A program made the position numbers and the translations under genes. The notes below the pieces were generated by a model that searched no databases, was not told the origin of the DNA, and saw only the letters and a list, made by a program, of their open reading frames with translations. A DNA stretch of 63,398 nucleotides, counting the filler, from Intoshia linei (lineage: Eukaryota > Animalia > Orthonectida): the NCBI GenBank assembly GCA_001642005.1. It is 4 parts of 4 records of this genome, joined end to end, with 100 filler letters (N's around TTAATTAATTAA, not from the genome) between each part and the next. Parts side by side here need not be neighbours in the genome. Positions count along the whole stretch, not along the records: positions 7,170 to 32,929 come from LWCA01000490.1; positions 33,030 to 47,327 come from LWCA01000969.1; 2 more parts are not named here. One strand, given 5' to 3'. Positions 26,083 to 38,300 of the stretch are shown here, piece after piece (the first letter of the stretch is position 1; every line of letters begins with the position of its first letter).

Positions 26083-26621
26083 GTCTACACTCTAGACATT
26101 CAAACCTAAATAAATCTTGTAACCATGAGACAAAAATAGTCAAAATTTACGAAAAATTTACAAAAGTTAGCCGGTTACGTAAGTCATTTTGTCCACTTCT
26201 TCATTTTCATTTATTGGAACATATTTTTTTAAAAGTGTTAAATAAAAATTGAAGTAGTCATTTTCAGTTAAAAAAATGTTTTGTCAAAAGTAAATCTTTT
26301 TTATATTTTCTTTAATTTCATTTTGAGAGGTTGAAAAATTAGATAAATTAATACTTCGCTAGACTCTGTCTACAGACTGTAGTAGTGAGTAATTATGTGG
26401 TTTACTTATACAGTATAATGATAGTTTCTTTAGATACGATTGTAAAGTTAATTATAGGACAGTGTAATTTATAATATAAATTTTAAGTTATCAATACCCA
26501 TTCCCGTTCTCGTACATATTGAACAAAATCGACTAGTATTAGAATCATTATTGAAAAAATTTAAAGTTTAATTAAAAATTACATTAAAAAAATAAAATAA
26601 AATTAAATAGAGTAATAAACA

Positions 26622-29600
26622 TCATGTTTCTTTATTTATATAGTTATCCAATTCCTTATATCGATCAGGTAAACTGTCAAATTCATTAGGTTGATTTGAT
26701 AGTTCCAAAGCTATATTTAAATGTTCTTTTGTAATAATAATATCATCTTCAATCATGTACTTACTATTAATATTCCATTCTTCAATTAAATCCTTACCCG
26801 TAAATGTTTCAATCATCAAAAGATTTTTGTCATCAAAATCGTATTTATATCTACCATCACTAGTATAATAAGCTTGCCCATTAACTAAGATTGGATTATT
26901 ATCCTTTTTATTTTCCAACATGGTTTTATCGTGGTGATCATACATGGGTGCTCCTTCATGATACAAATAGTACAACTTGTCCAAGTACAACAAATTTTTA
27001 TTGACAAAATACATGTTGCGCTTAGATCCTCTACCCAATTGTAATGGCAAGTTTGGATTCATTTCAGTCTGAATTTTTTCAAACTTTTGCTGGTAATATT
27101 TATTTATGGGTGGTGGGTTGGAATTGGGTGCAACATTGTCTTCAACACGTAACTCGCTTTGAAGGGGTTGTGAGTATTCCATTGGCTGTACGTTTCTGTC
27201 ATGCGCATGATGTGGCATAGCGTTGACGGCCGGCATCTGCCGATTGGAATGTATGTACTCGGTGGCTTGTCTTGGTATAAAATAATTACCATATTGTGCG
27301 TTGTGATAACGATGCATAAACTGCGCACGCACATTATGATTAGCAGGATCAACATATCCAAGTTGACAATAATGTGGTTGATAATATGATTGAGACATTT
27401 GTGGATGGTAGTATAGATCATTTTGATATACCCAATATTGTTGTTCCAAATTTCTTTGATATTGAGCATTGATAGGTGGTAAACTGTGGTGATCAGTATG
27501 ATGCGGTGGTAAATCATTAGAATGGGTATAAATATTTTCTGTAACTTGTCTGTTTGGTCTAGTTGTAGATCTTGGATTTTGAAGGATTATTCTCCTGTTA
27601 GAACTGTTTCGATTCGAGTTATTCTTCACGTTGCGTCTGGCTCTTGTATTTTGACTTGATTCGGCATCCACTTGGTCTACATTTGCAGTTGAAATAACTT
27701 GTACAGGTACTTCATCGGCATCTTGTTCAATTTGAATTTCAGCATTTTCATTTTTAACTTGTACTGCAACATCTTCCGCGTTAGATACTCTTTCAGTATC
27801 ATGATTTACATTTACATTCATATTTTTATTATCTCCACGATACCCGCCCATATTATGATTTCCATTGAAATCGATATCCCAAGCACCCTTTTTATCTTTT
27901 TTTCCATCACCATGTTGGCTTGTAAAAACATAACAATGAATCATACATCGATCGCAACCTGGTAGTGAAGACTTCCATCTACCCTTAAGGCACATTTTAC
28001 AACAAAAAAATTTAAATTTATCTAATTCATTATATTCTTGCATTTTTTCAATTTCTAAATCGTTCGATGGAGTATCAACATATTTTGGTTTTCCTTTTTT
28101 CGCTACTTGGATAAATCCGTTGTCATCGCTGATTTTTTTCCTGTTTTTATTGTTTTTGTTTTTTAAAAATGTATATAAACTATTTTTTTTTTTTTGTTTA
28201 TTATCTAAATTTTCTCTTTGATCGTTATTTCCCTTTTTCAAATTTCGACCGTTTTTGTCACCTAATATCCATCTGATTTGGACGTTTTTACTTGATGATG
28301 GATGATTTTTTTTACCATTATGACGGTATTTATTATCACTAATTTCAATTTTATCTGAACTCTTTACACGTTTAAAATTCTTTACGTTCTTATTGTTGAT
28401 AACCCTATTTATTGTATGTTCATCTGTTTCAATTTTTTCGGTTATTTCTTCCAATTTTGGTAAATTTTCACTAAATTTTAATTCAATAAAATCAAATGAT
28501 AACCCTTCGACACTAATGTACTCAGATAGATTAAATTACAATAAAATAAAATTAATCAGATCTGAGTAACTACAAAAAAAGCAAAACTATGAAGTAAATA
28601 ATGGGGTTGGCAATCAATAAAAACTTATAACGGTAAATCACTAATAAGGATTCTTTAGTAATAAAGTAATGTAAAGTAATTTAGTTAAAAATGTATGTTT
28701 GTTGATTTATTTGTTTGTTTAGTTTTTAATAAAATAACTTGCGTACAGTTTTAAGAATAGCTATTTATAATAAAGTTTTTCGAGGGTAATGTTTTAGCGG
28801 ACATTTCATTTTCAGAAATGGAGTCTTTCAAGGTCAAAAACCTAATTATCCATTTTTTTTATCTCAAAAAAGTCCTAAAATCATAAAAAATACACAATAT
28901 GATATAGATTTTAAAATCTTCACCGTTATGATAAATTTCTATTTCAAAATCTTATCTCTTCATGGCCATAATCACCAATTACCTCTTTCATTAAAATGAT
29001 GAAAGTCCTAGAATTTTATAATATAACTAGGTTGACAGTTATGTACTACAACAAAGTTGTTTTACTTTTAGTAGTCGTTGTTGTTTTAATTTAATAATTA
29101 TAGATATTCACATTTTTTGTTTTGTTTTGTTAAAAAAATATATGAAAACTAAAATTCTTTTTTGACCATAAAGGCGTCACTTATTCAGATTGAAATTTTT
29201 TGTGTATGTTAACAAAATACAACTGTACCACTTGTAATTTTTTTTAATTCTAGGACTATTTTCATTAAAAAAAAGGGTCCTTTGGGGTTTTGGCCCTGAA
29301 GATATAATTTTTTGAAATTTAAATTTATGATAATGTTTATGATTTTAAAATCTGTATCAGAGTATATATTTTTTTAAGTCTCCAACTCGTTTGATTTTCA
29401 AAAAAAAGGACAATTGTGGTCTTTGACCCGTAGGACCTGAATGTGGGAGTTTGAAATTTATTTTGCTAACACCCCCGGAAAAACCTGTAATTGAAATGTT
29501 GACATTATAAAATTCTGAGACTGGTAGTTACTGAAATAAACGGGAACACACACACAGACATACAAACAAATATGGCGTAGAATATTATATAAGTAAGGAT

Positions 29601-31308
29601 CCAATAAATATACGGTATAATCATAATTAAAATCTTGATAAACGGTTTCATCAAAAATTTCATCACATTCTTAGTGAGGATATTTTTACCTGAGAAAATG
29701 AAGAATTGAATAATAAGTACATGCGTGTATCAATAATTAGCAAAAATTTAAGGTGGCCGATTTAATGTAGAACTCACCTTAGATTAAAGTCAAAACAAAA
29801 CAATTTAATGAAATTTTAAATTTTGATGAAATAATTAATTATTTATTAAGTCATATTTTTAGATTGTTCAAAAAAATATTGAAAAAAGGGACTTTTTCCT
29901 TCATGGTTGGTAGAATTAGTTTTTTAGTTTGTGGTTGGATTAAGAGTTTTTTGTTGTAATGTTTCGTAAAATCGAATTTTTCTAGAGTTTTTCAAATATC
30001 AGAACAGGATTTTCCTTTACCTTATTACGCAAGGATTGATATAATTGGATTTAATATTTTATTGTACAATTAAGAGGTTAAAATCGGAATAAAGGCATTT
30101 TTACATAGATTACTTGAGATGTATTTTTTATTAAATATTATTAAATTTTATTAATGATGGGATAAAAAAAGGATTTTTGAAATAATAATTTAACGGTCGT
30201 CTAGGCTTCGGGTAAAATCTTAACATCTGGCAAGTCTGCAATAATGTAGTTTACAAAAATGAAAAAATTTTTTAATTTTGCTGGTAATAAAACCAACAAT
30301 GCTGGTAACACCTCTGGTCATTAGTCAATTCAGCATTATATACCCTAGCTCACATTCCATTGTCTTCCGAAAATTTACTAAAAACTCACTAAATATTTTA
30401 TTTTTAATGATTGCCGACTAAAAAATTAATGTAAATTTATTGTGAAACAATAATTGTCATTTAAAAAAAAATGAAAAAAAATGGCTCATAGTGTCTTAGG
30501 GTTGACGAATTATAGTTTAATAATGTAGCAATTACGAATTTTCCATTTCATTACTTAAATGTTCATTAATTGATGAATTTAATCCACCATGATTCATATT
30601 TACTCGGTAGGATTCTTCATTGCGACCCTTGGTTAAAACCGGTCCATTTCCTTCTGATTCATTTAATATGTCATTAATTTCAGTTTCCAGCACCACTTCA
30701 ACGTCCTCGTTATCTAAATTCAATAAAATGAGGTTTTTCTATAAAATTTATCCAACCCACATATTTAAAATAAAACATAAATTCTGGACGCGTTTTAAAA
30801 TCATTAACATTGTCGTGAATCTCGGCCTAAGAAAACCACACCTTCCTTAGTTTTTTTAAAACTAAAACATGTCCTAAATTTTTATAAAACATAATTTCAA
30901 GGATAGTTTTTAAAATGATAAGCATTATCATAAATCACAACTTTAAAAAAGTGTATTTTCACGATCAAAACCTCAGACTGTTCTTTTTTTGAAAAAATTA
31001 AAATCTTAGATTTAAAAAATATTACAGCTTATACAGTTATCTTCAGTTAACACACACAAAAAATTTAAATCTGACAAAGTGACACCTTCACAGTCAAAAA
31101 AGCACTTTGGTATTAATTGTTTTTATGATCATACACTCATTGTTTAATAAATTAAAAATTTGGTTATCGACCGAGTTATCCGCTTTTTGTACAAGGTATA
31201 TAACATTCAAACTGGTATTTAATGCAATTTACCTATAGATCTATTCAAATCAGCCGCATTGATTTCATTATTATCAATTGTATTACTTGATTCATTCTTA
31301 ACATTCAT
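26622..31308 (-). CDS. Orphan protein, ~714 aa; exons 31233-31308, 30536-30713, 26622-28512
   Basis: The 610-aa ORF has no ATG for its first ~137 codons. A phase-2 AG acceptor at 28513-14 joins in frame with two upstream GT-AG exons (MNVKNESSNTIDNNEINAADLNRSI|DNEDVEVV...EMENS|VEGLSFDF...). Lengths 76+178+1891 = 2145 nt, 715 codons. No recognisable homologue. Confidence 0.65.
29027..29599 (-). mobile_element. Helitron-like copy with both termini
   Basis: CTAG 3' end at 29027-29030 and TC 5' end at 29599; lies in an intron of the orphan gene. Confidence 0.8.
29880..30320 (+). repeat. Dispersed repeat family (other copies ~38510-38720, 42040-42480, 45110-45490)
   Basis: Shared blocks such as TTTGTGGTTGGATTAAGAG and AATAATTTAGCGGTCGTCTAGGCTTTGGGATAAAATTCCAACATCTGGCAACTCT. 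Confidence 0.75.
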
Positions 31309-31664
31309 ATTTTTATAAATTATTATAGCTTCTCTAATCTTTAAAATAAAAATAAATATTATAATAAAAAATCCAATATTAAAACGTTATGAAACTGGTT
31401 TATATCTTTAATGCCACTGGTAATGCCATTTATATCATTTCAAAGTATGTATTGTACTTGTATCGAAACACAAACAGGTTTAGTATGATGCAATTAAACA
31501 CTTTTTACATAAAATTAAATGCTTGATTTGATTCATATATGTAGTTAAAATTATTTTAATCTTACGTTACTCAATCATCCATACTTACATACATATATCT
31601 GAATCTTACACTAAGGTGGATGAATTTTAATTGTGGTAATTTAATTAAAATAGATTTATATAAT

Positions 31665-31935
31665 ACTAGGTTGACTGTTATGTACTATCAACAAACAGCA
31701 CCTAGCTCTTCCGAGGGCACATTTTTATTATACCAAAAAAATAAATTCACGTTGATAATCTAACTTAAAAATCCTACTATTCACAATCCTTTAAAGGAGT
31801 GGTTCCCAAACTTGTTTCAGGTGGTACCATCATATCCTATTACTTTTTACTTTATAGTGAATTATTCCATCTTATTTGTTTTGGGAGGTTGAAATTTATC
31901 TTATTATCACCCAGAAAAAATTGTATTTGTAATGT
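31665..31935 (-). mobile_element. Deleted Helitron-like copy (3' end at 31665)
   Basis: CTAGGTTGACTGTTATGTACT... is the reverse complement of the family 3' terminus. Confidence 0.75.
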
Positions 31936-32929
31936 TACTTACTGTGTTGCGTAGCGACAGCAAAATATCCGGAAGATACTCATCCCATCTGTCGTCGTCT
32001 CGACCCTTACATTTTATTCTCAATGCATTTTTAATTGTTCGATTTAACTTTTCTACAAACCCAACGCCTTCATGGTGATACGCCCTGGTTTCAGTCTTCG
32101 CTATGCCATATTTTTCACACAACTGCCACATCAACGTAGATTCACACGTATCTCGTCTGAATCACGTCTACAGTTTTAGTAACGCCTACATGCCAAACAC
32201 TATCACCATGATGAATTTGATATAATAATTCCTTTTGTATGGATTTTGGTACAATAAATAACAATTTACCTTCTCGCCTATATGTCAACATGTTATTATA
32301 TGCGACAAGCCTCGTTTGTAGCGTCCAATATTGATTATTGATTAGTTGACTACGCTAATTGCCTTTTAACCAATTAATTATTTGTTGTGCATACGAATCT
32401 TTTGATTGTGCCTCTTGAATTTCGTGAATTTCGTGAATAATCGAAATCTACTAGTCCCATCTTTTTTTGGAACCAACAGACAAGGAGAAAGCCATTGACT
32501 CCTTGAAGGTTCAATCACGTTTTTCGCCAACATTTCCTCCAAATGGTCCCTTAACTTGTTTTTTAAATTTCCTGGTGCTCCATATACCGGACCTCTTATG
32601 GGTTCCGTAGAATTCGCCACTTCTATTTCATGTTCCATCGCTATTTTCTATTTTCGCAAGCTATTTGATACACCGAAAACGCCTTGCCTGTGATGTTTAA
32701 CTTCTTTACCTTTAAAATTTGATTGCCATTGGCCTGAAATTCTAGGGACGCCTCTTATTCTACTAATGTATCAAAGCCTATCAATAAATCAAATTAAGTA
32801 AACGGCCATTCCTTTAAAACACTACAAGTTGTCATCATTTTTTGTTTCTCATAATCTAATTCAACTTTATACGCCATAACACTCTCCATTTTACCACCAA
32901 ATGCGCCCTTAAAATTTCTCTTCTCGAAA
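31930..32929 (-). mobile_element. Degenerate, internally deleted Ty3/Gypsy pol (protease, RT start, integrase core)
   Basis: LEEMLAKNVIEPSRSQWLSPCLLVPKKDGTSRF (RT N-terminus); TRAYHHEGVGFVEKLNRTIK...WDEYLPDILLSLRN (integrase); protease-like DLLIGFDTL segment near 32780. Confidence 0.88.
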
Positions 32930-33029
32930 NNNNNNNNNNNNNNNNNNNNNNNNNNNNNNNNNNNNNNNNNNNNTTAATTAATTAANNNNNNNNNNNNNNN
33001 NNNNNNNNNNNNNNNNNNNNNNNNNNNNN

Positions 33030-33373
33030 GAAATATGGGTGAAAATCTATATAATTCATTCCTTCGCAATTTTTCAATCTCAATTTTTTTTTTAAAACAT
33101 TTTGTTTAAAATTTAAATTAAAACTACAACAACGAATTACTAAAAGTATACAACTTTGCTATTATTATTTTTATATTTATTATAATTCTTTGCAATATTG
33201 GTAAAATCCACCTGAAACAATTTTGGGAACCACTCCTTTAAAGGATTGATAATAGTGAATAGTAGGATGTTTAAATTAGATTTTGAACGTGAATTTATTT
33301 TTTAAATATTATAAAAATGTGCCCTCGGCAGAGGTAGGTCATGTTTGTACATAGTACATAACAGTCAACCTAG
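33030..33373 (+). mobile_element. Helitron-like copy, 3' part
   Basis: Ends ...GTACATAGTACATAACAGTCAACCTAG|T. Confidence 0.78.
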
Positions 33374-33659
33374 TAAATTATAATAATTATCATTGATAAT
33401 GTAATTATGAGTTGGATAATTTAAATTTTAAAATGCCCAAAAAGAATACATTATTCATCAAATTAGCTTTTTCTTTGCGCACGTTACATTGTGAGTCTTG
33501 AATGTCATAATCGTTGACTTGTATTGGCGGTATATCCAATTTCATAATTGAAAAATATACTACCAAAATTTCCAAAATGTATCAGTATATAGGAAATAAT
33601 TAATTAATTAAAGAAGTTAATTTACTTGTCTTTGCTAGATAATATATTAAAAATTATTT

Positions 33660-34635
33660 TAAATGTGGATTTTAAATTATTAAGATCACTACGCTAAATT
33701 CCTATATCTCCGCCCTTTAAAAAGAAAAACTGATCTAGATGTTGCAAGGTGTCTATTAGAAATGTTTTTAATTTATAATGGTGCACCCAACATTTTACAA
33801 TCGGACAATGGTAGAGAATTCGTTAACAAAGGCATTGATCAGTTGATGGCATTATGGCCAAATACAAAGATTATCCATGGTAGACCCCGTTATTCCCAAT
33901 CTCAAGGTAGCGTTGAAAAGGCAAATGACGAAGTCCATAAACAGCTGGTTTCTGGATGCGCGACAATAATACTCAACATTGGAGTGTAGGATTGAAATTT
34001 GTCCAATTTCAAAAGAATAGTTTATACCATTCTAGAATTCACACTTCTCCATGCAAAGCATTATTTGGAACACCGGTTACATTAGAATTGTCATTTACTG
34101 CCTTACCGCGAGAAGTGTTACCGTTAATATTTGATGAAGATTTATTGAATAACAATGATATTGAAGTCGAATTGGATGAATTAAATCAAATTTTAAAAGA
34201 AATGGGATGAGAGAAAAAATAAACAAAAATCAAGAAATTCAGTCAATTAAAATGATTGAGAAGGAAAATAAAATCCTTGGACCATTAAAAGAAGGAGACT
34301 GTGTTAGAATTCCCATACCTAGTGTTGATCGCGAACGCCTTGATCCAGGAAATTTAATTGGTGGCGTAACAGGCGTCGACCATGGACAGTATACAATGAA
34401 ACATCTTCCGGTAAAATTGAAAATAACTTTACAAGAAACCAAATTCAAAAATGCGATCAACAATTAATAAATCCTGAAGTTCCAAACCAAATTTTGAGTT
34501 TGAGTTGGTTGGGGTCAAGGATTTTTGAAGTGTAATTGCAAAAGTGGGTGTTCGGGTAATCGATGTAAATACAAACGTAATTCAATTCTTTGTAATAGTC
34601 GCTGCCATCACAGCTTGTCTTGTACCAATAAATAA
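33660..34635 (+). mobile_element. Ginger2/TDD (KRBA2/SCAND3-like) integrase pseudogene
   Basis: DHYAKFLYLRPLKRK, GAPNILQSDNGREF, IIHGRPRYSQSQGSVEKAN, WSVGLKFVQFQKN, and a Cys-rich tail GQGFLKCNCKSGCSGNRC...LCNSRCHHSLSCTNK*. Several frameshifts. Confidence 0.88.
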
Positions 34636-35322
34636 ATAATTGTATATTCACTTATATTTAGTATTTAATTTGAATCTGCTTCAACTTATCATATATTCAT
34701 TTCATCTTTATTGGTTTGGGAACACTGTTTTACAGTATTGTATTCTGTTAATTTTCCATTTAAGATTTTATTTATTGATTCATTTATTTTTCTCGATAAC
34801 AATATTAATAAAAAGGAATTTTTATATATTTAAAGGAAAGGAAAAAATTACTAAACCCCAAAATTAAACTAAAATAGAAATGAAAGTTTTACACATTCTA
34901 CGACTAACCCATAGAATGTGTACATTGTACAGTGTACAATGTACATTCTACTACTTGCCCATAGTACATAATGTACATAATGTGTACATTTCACAGTTAA
35001 AATACGACACTATAAATTAATTAATATATATCACAAATTTGTAGACTGAATTATAGTAGATGTAATCTAATTTACATAATTTCAAATGTGAAATTAATAC
35101 ACTTTAATTTTAATTTTTAGATTTATAATTTATAGAACTGTCCTAATTTTGTAATATTATTTTATCAACGTATTACGAAATGTGTAGTGATGAAACTAGC
35201 TTTAAAATTAGCTGAATTAATGACAGACAGAGAAACAGCAATCAAAGTACGAAAAATCGTTTCTGCTCCAGAAAATTACCCAGAATAAACAAAATTTTAT
35301 TTACATATTTACTTTAATCAAT

Positions 35323-38300
35323 TTAACTACATGTAGTCGTCATAAACTGTTTCTTTGTATAAATTAAACTTTGTCTACAATTGCATTGTTGGTCATATAT
35401 CCACGTGGCATTTTGATCTGTTGGAATTTTTCTTTTTCTTTTTAATCTATATTTTAAAATTTAAATGATACATTAATAAGCAGGCTTATTAGTACTTTTA
35501 AGTACAACAAGTGATCGTTTAGTTGCAAACACTGCCATACAAGTATAATTGGAAATTAATATCTAAAGGGCATGCGGAGTTATAAAATTTTTCAATAAAT
35601 AAATTTTGATGGGTTAACTCATTGAAATTTATCTAATCCTACCAACCTTCTATTTTATCAAATGATAAATGCAGTAACCAAATTTGAAAAGTCGTTTTTT
35701 GTAAATTCTCACATAAAAATACAACAATATGTAAATGTTAGTAGAAATAGCATAGTAGAAACATTAATTTTTTAATATATTTTTTTAATTCTCCAACTTG
35801 TTTGATTTTCAAAAAAAGGACAATTGGGGTTTTTGACCCGTAAGATCTGAGTTTGGGAAGTTGAAATTTATTTGCTAACATCCCTGGAAAAAACTATAAT
35901 TGAAATGTGGACTTTATAAAATTCTAAGACTGGTAGTTATTGAAATAAACGATAACACAAACAAATATTGCATAGTATATTATAATATGCTATGATTATA
36001 TAAGTAGCACACACAAACAGACAAACAAATATTGCAAAGCATGTTATATAAGTAAGGATAATTAAAGTAAACCTTTTTTGAAAGAAATAAACGCCTATTA
36101 ACGAGACTATTCCAAAAATTAAGCCTAGAAACGTTCCCATAGCAGATATTAATATGATACCTAATGTTTTATTTAGTAATGCAGAATTTTAACAATCTTT
36201 TAAACAATTTACCTTGTGTTGTATTCCATTCTTGGTATAATACATTGTTGGAGTATGCAAATTTTACATCTGAAAATAAAAAATTGATGGAATATTTAAA
36301 TATTAAAATATTAAAATAGTATTCAATCATGCTGATTACTAATAATTATAAATTATATAAGTATGAATTATAATTCAACAAATAAAACAAAAAATAACCC
36401 AAACAGTTGATGGTTATTTTATCCCATTGATTATTTTGACATTGAATGATTTGATAAATATCTGTTTTTGATTTACATTGTATTTTTGCTGATTTATAAC
36501 CATACGTAATGATTGTGCCATTTATTGGAGTGTCTATTGTAGCACAACCACTCACTAAATAAATAGTAAGTGAAAATATTCTATTAAGTGTTTAGTTTTA
36601 ATTAATGTTGATTTTATGGATTAGAACTGAGTCAATTTGAAAGAATCGGTTAGAAATTTCAGAGTCTATTTCGAACCCTAATCCCCAGTCAAAACACCTT
36701 TTGAGTGTAGACTTTTTAATGAGTTTGAAGTTACATAAATGTTTTAAAAACCTGTAATTTCGATCAAAAGTTGTCCAGTCGTATTTTTTTGTTTTTTTAT
36801 TTTAATCTTTAATTTATTCCATAAAGTAGTATAAATGTTAAAATAATGACTAAATTCATCCAAACATTGATTAAAATTGTATACACTTGAAGAATTGTCT
36901 TTTATGAATATTTGAGTATTGCATTCATCCTTATACTTTGAAACATACCTAATTATAATTTTACATTACTACTTGACCTTTTACATAATAATGTACATAC
37001 AGAACAAGTAAAATTTAGTATAATTTATAAATACAAACATAATTATTGTGGTCATGCGTAACTGATAATAAAAAGATTGGCACAAAACACATCAAAATCG
37101 TTTAAACTTTGAGGTGCTCTAATATTATTATAATTCATGTTCATGTAATTCATATTATAATGATAAGTTCAGAAAGTTAAAAAATACAAATTAAAAAACA
37201 AAGCAATTTTAAGGTGATTTAATAAGACATGTTATAATGAAGGTGATGTATATAATTGATAATAAAATCAATTTAAAATGAAATTTAAATATATGATTAA
37301 AATTAACATTTAAAAATGATTGTTTAGACTTAAAATATTTAATAATTGTATTGCATGTTAAGCATTGAAGATAAAGAAAGTAAAAGAAAAAACAATAGTT
37401 TACAAATCAAAATAATCAAAATAAATACCCAGCATTCATGTTTATTAATTGAAAAGTTCGTGAAGATGAATATATTCCAAAGAGGTTAATTTTATAAAAT
37501 TGTGATGGAGATATTACTTGAAAATTACATTCAAAATTTGAGGGTTGATGCTGAAAATAAACGTTTTCATACCCTGTCAAAACATTGTTGTATCTATTTC
37601 GTTCATATACTACGTCTTTATTGGCATTTGAGTCTTTTATAGCTAGATACACTTTATCTATTGTATTTTTATCTCTATTCTTAACTAGACTAATCGATTT
37701 GTTACACCAATCCTGAGGTTCAAGTACTAAAATATATTAATATTAATATTACCATACATGTAGTGTACTATTATAATATTGTAAGAATCATTTACTATAT
37801 AAAATTAAATGTTTGAGTGTGTGATACCGCTTATTTGAAAAATTAATTAATTAACAGTCGCAGAATTTATAAAACCCAATTTCTAAAACAGTTTTTTGCA
37901 GGTCATGTTTTTATCTATGCATCATTTTCCGAAATTGAGTTTGTCAAGCACAAAATTTGAAATAATTAACGATCACATAATTAAAATAAAAAAAATTATT
38001 CTGATATATAGGATTATTATATATGATTCTCAATAGATATAAAAATGAAAAGATACAAAATTTCAACCCCATAAATATACGCATACGCAGTAGTGATTGT
38101 GATTTCCCGGGAAATTAAAAATTAAATTTGCCGGGAAAAATAAAAATTTTTTATTCATATATAATATACAGAATATGTGGAAACATTAAAAATTTTAGAG
38201 ACCTTAATTAATTTTAGAAACAAAAAAAAATTTAATTATAATTAGATAAAAATTTATTTATTTTAGATTGTTGAAAAAGTGTTTCAAAACACACATAATA

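Noticed and set aside
26380-26400. AGTAGT motif suggesting a Polinton/Maverick terminus
   Set aside because: No long TIR, PolB, integrase or capsid genes nearby.
27104-27965. Overlapping ORFs 27104-27517, 27201-27389 and 27699-27965
   Set aside because: Shadow frames of the long ORF with no independent coding signal.
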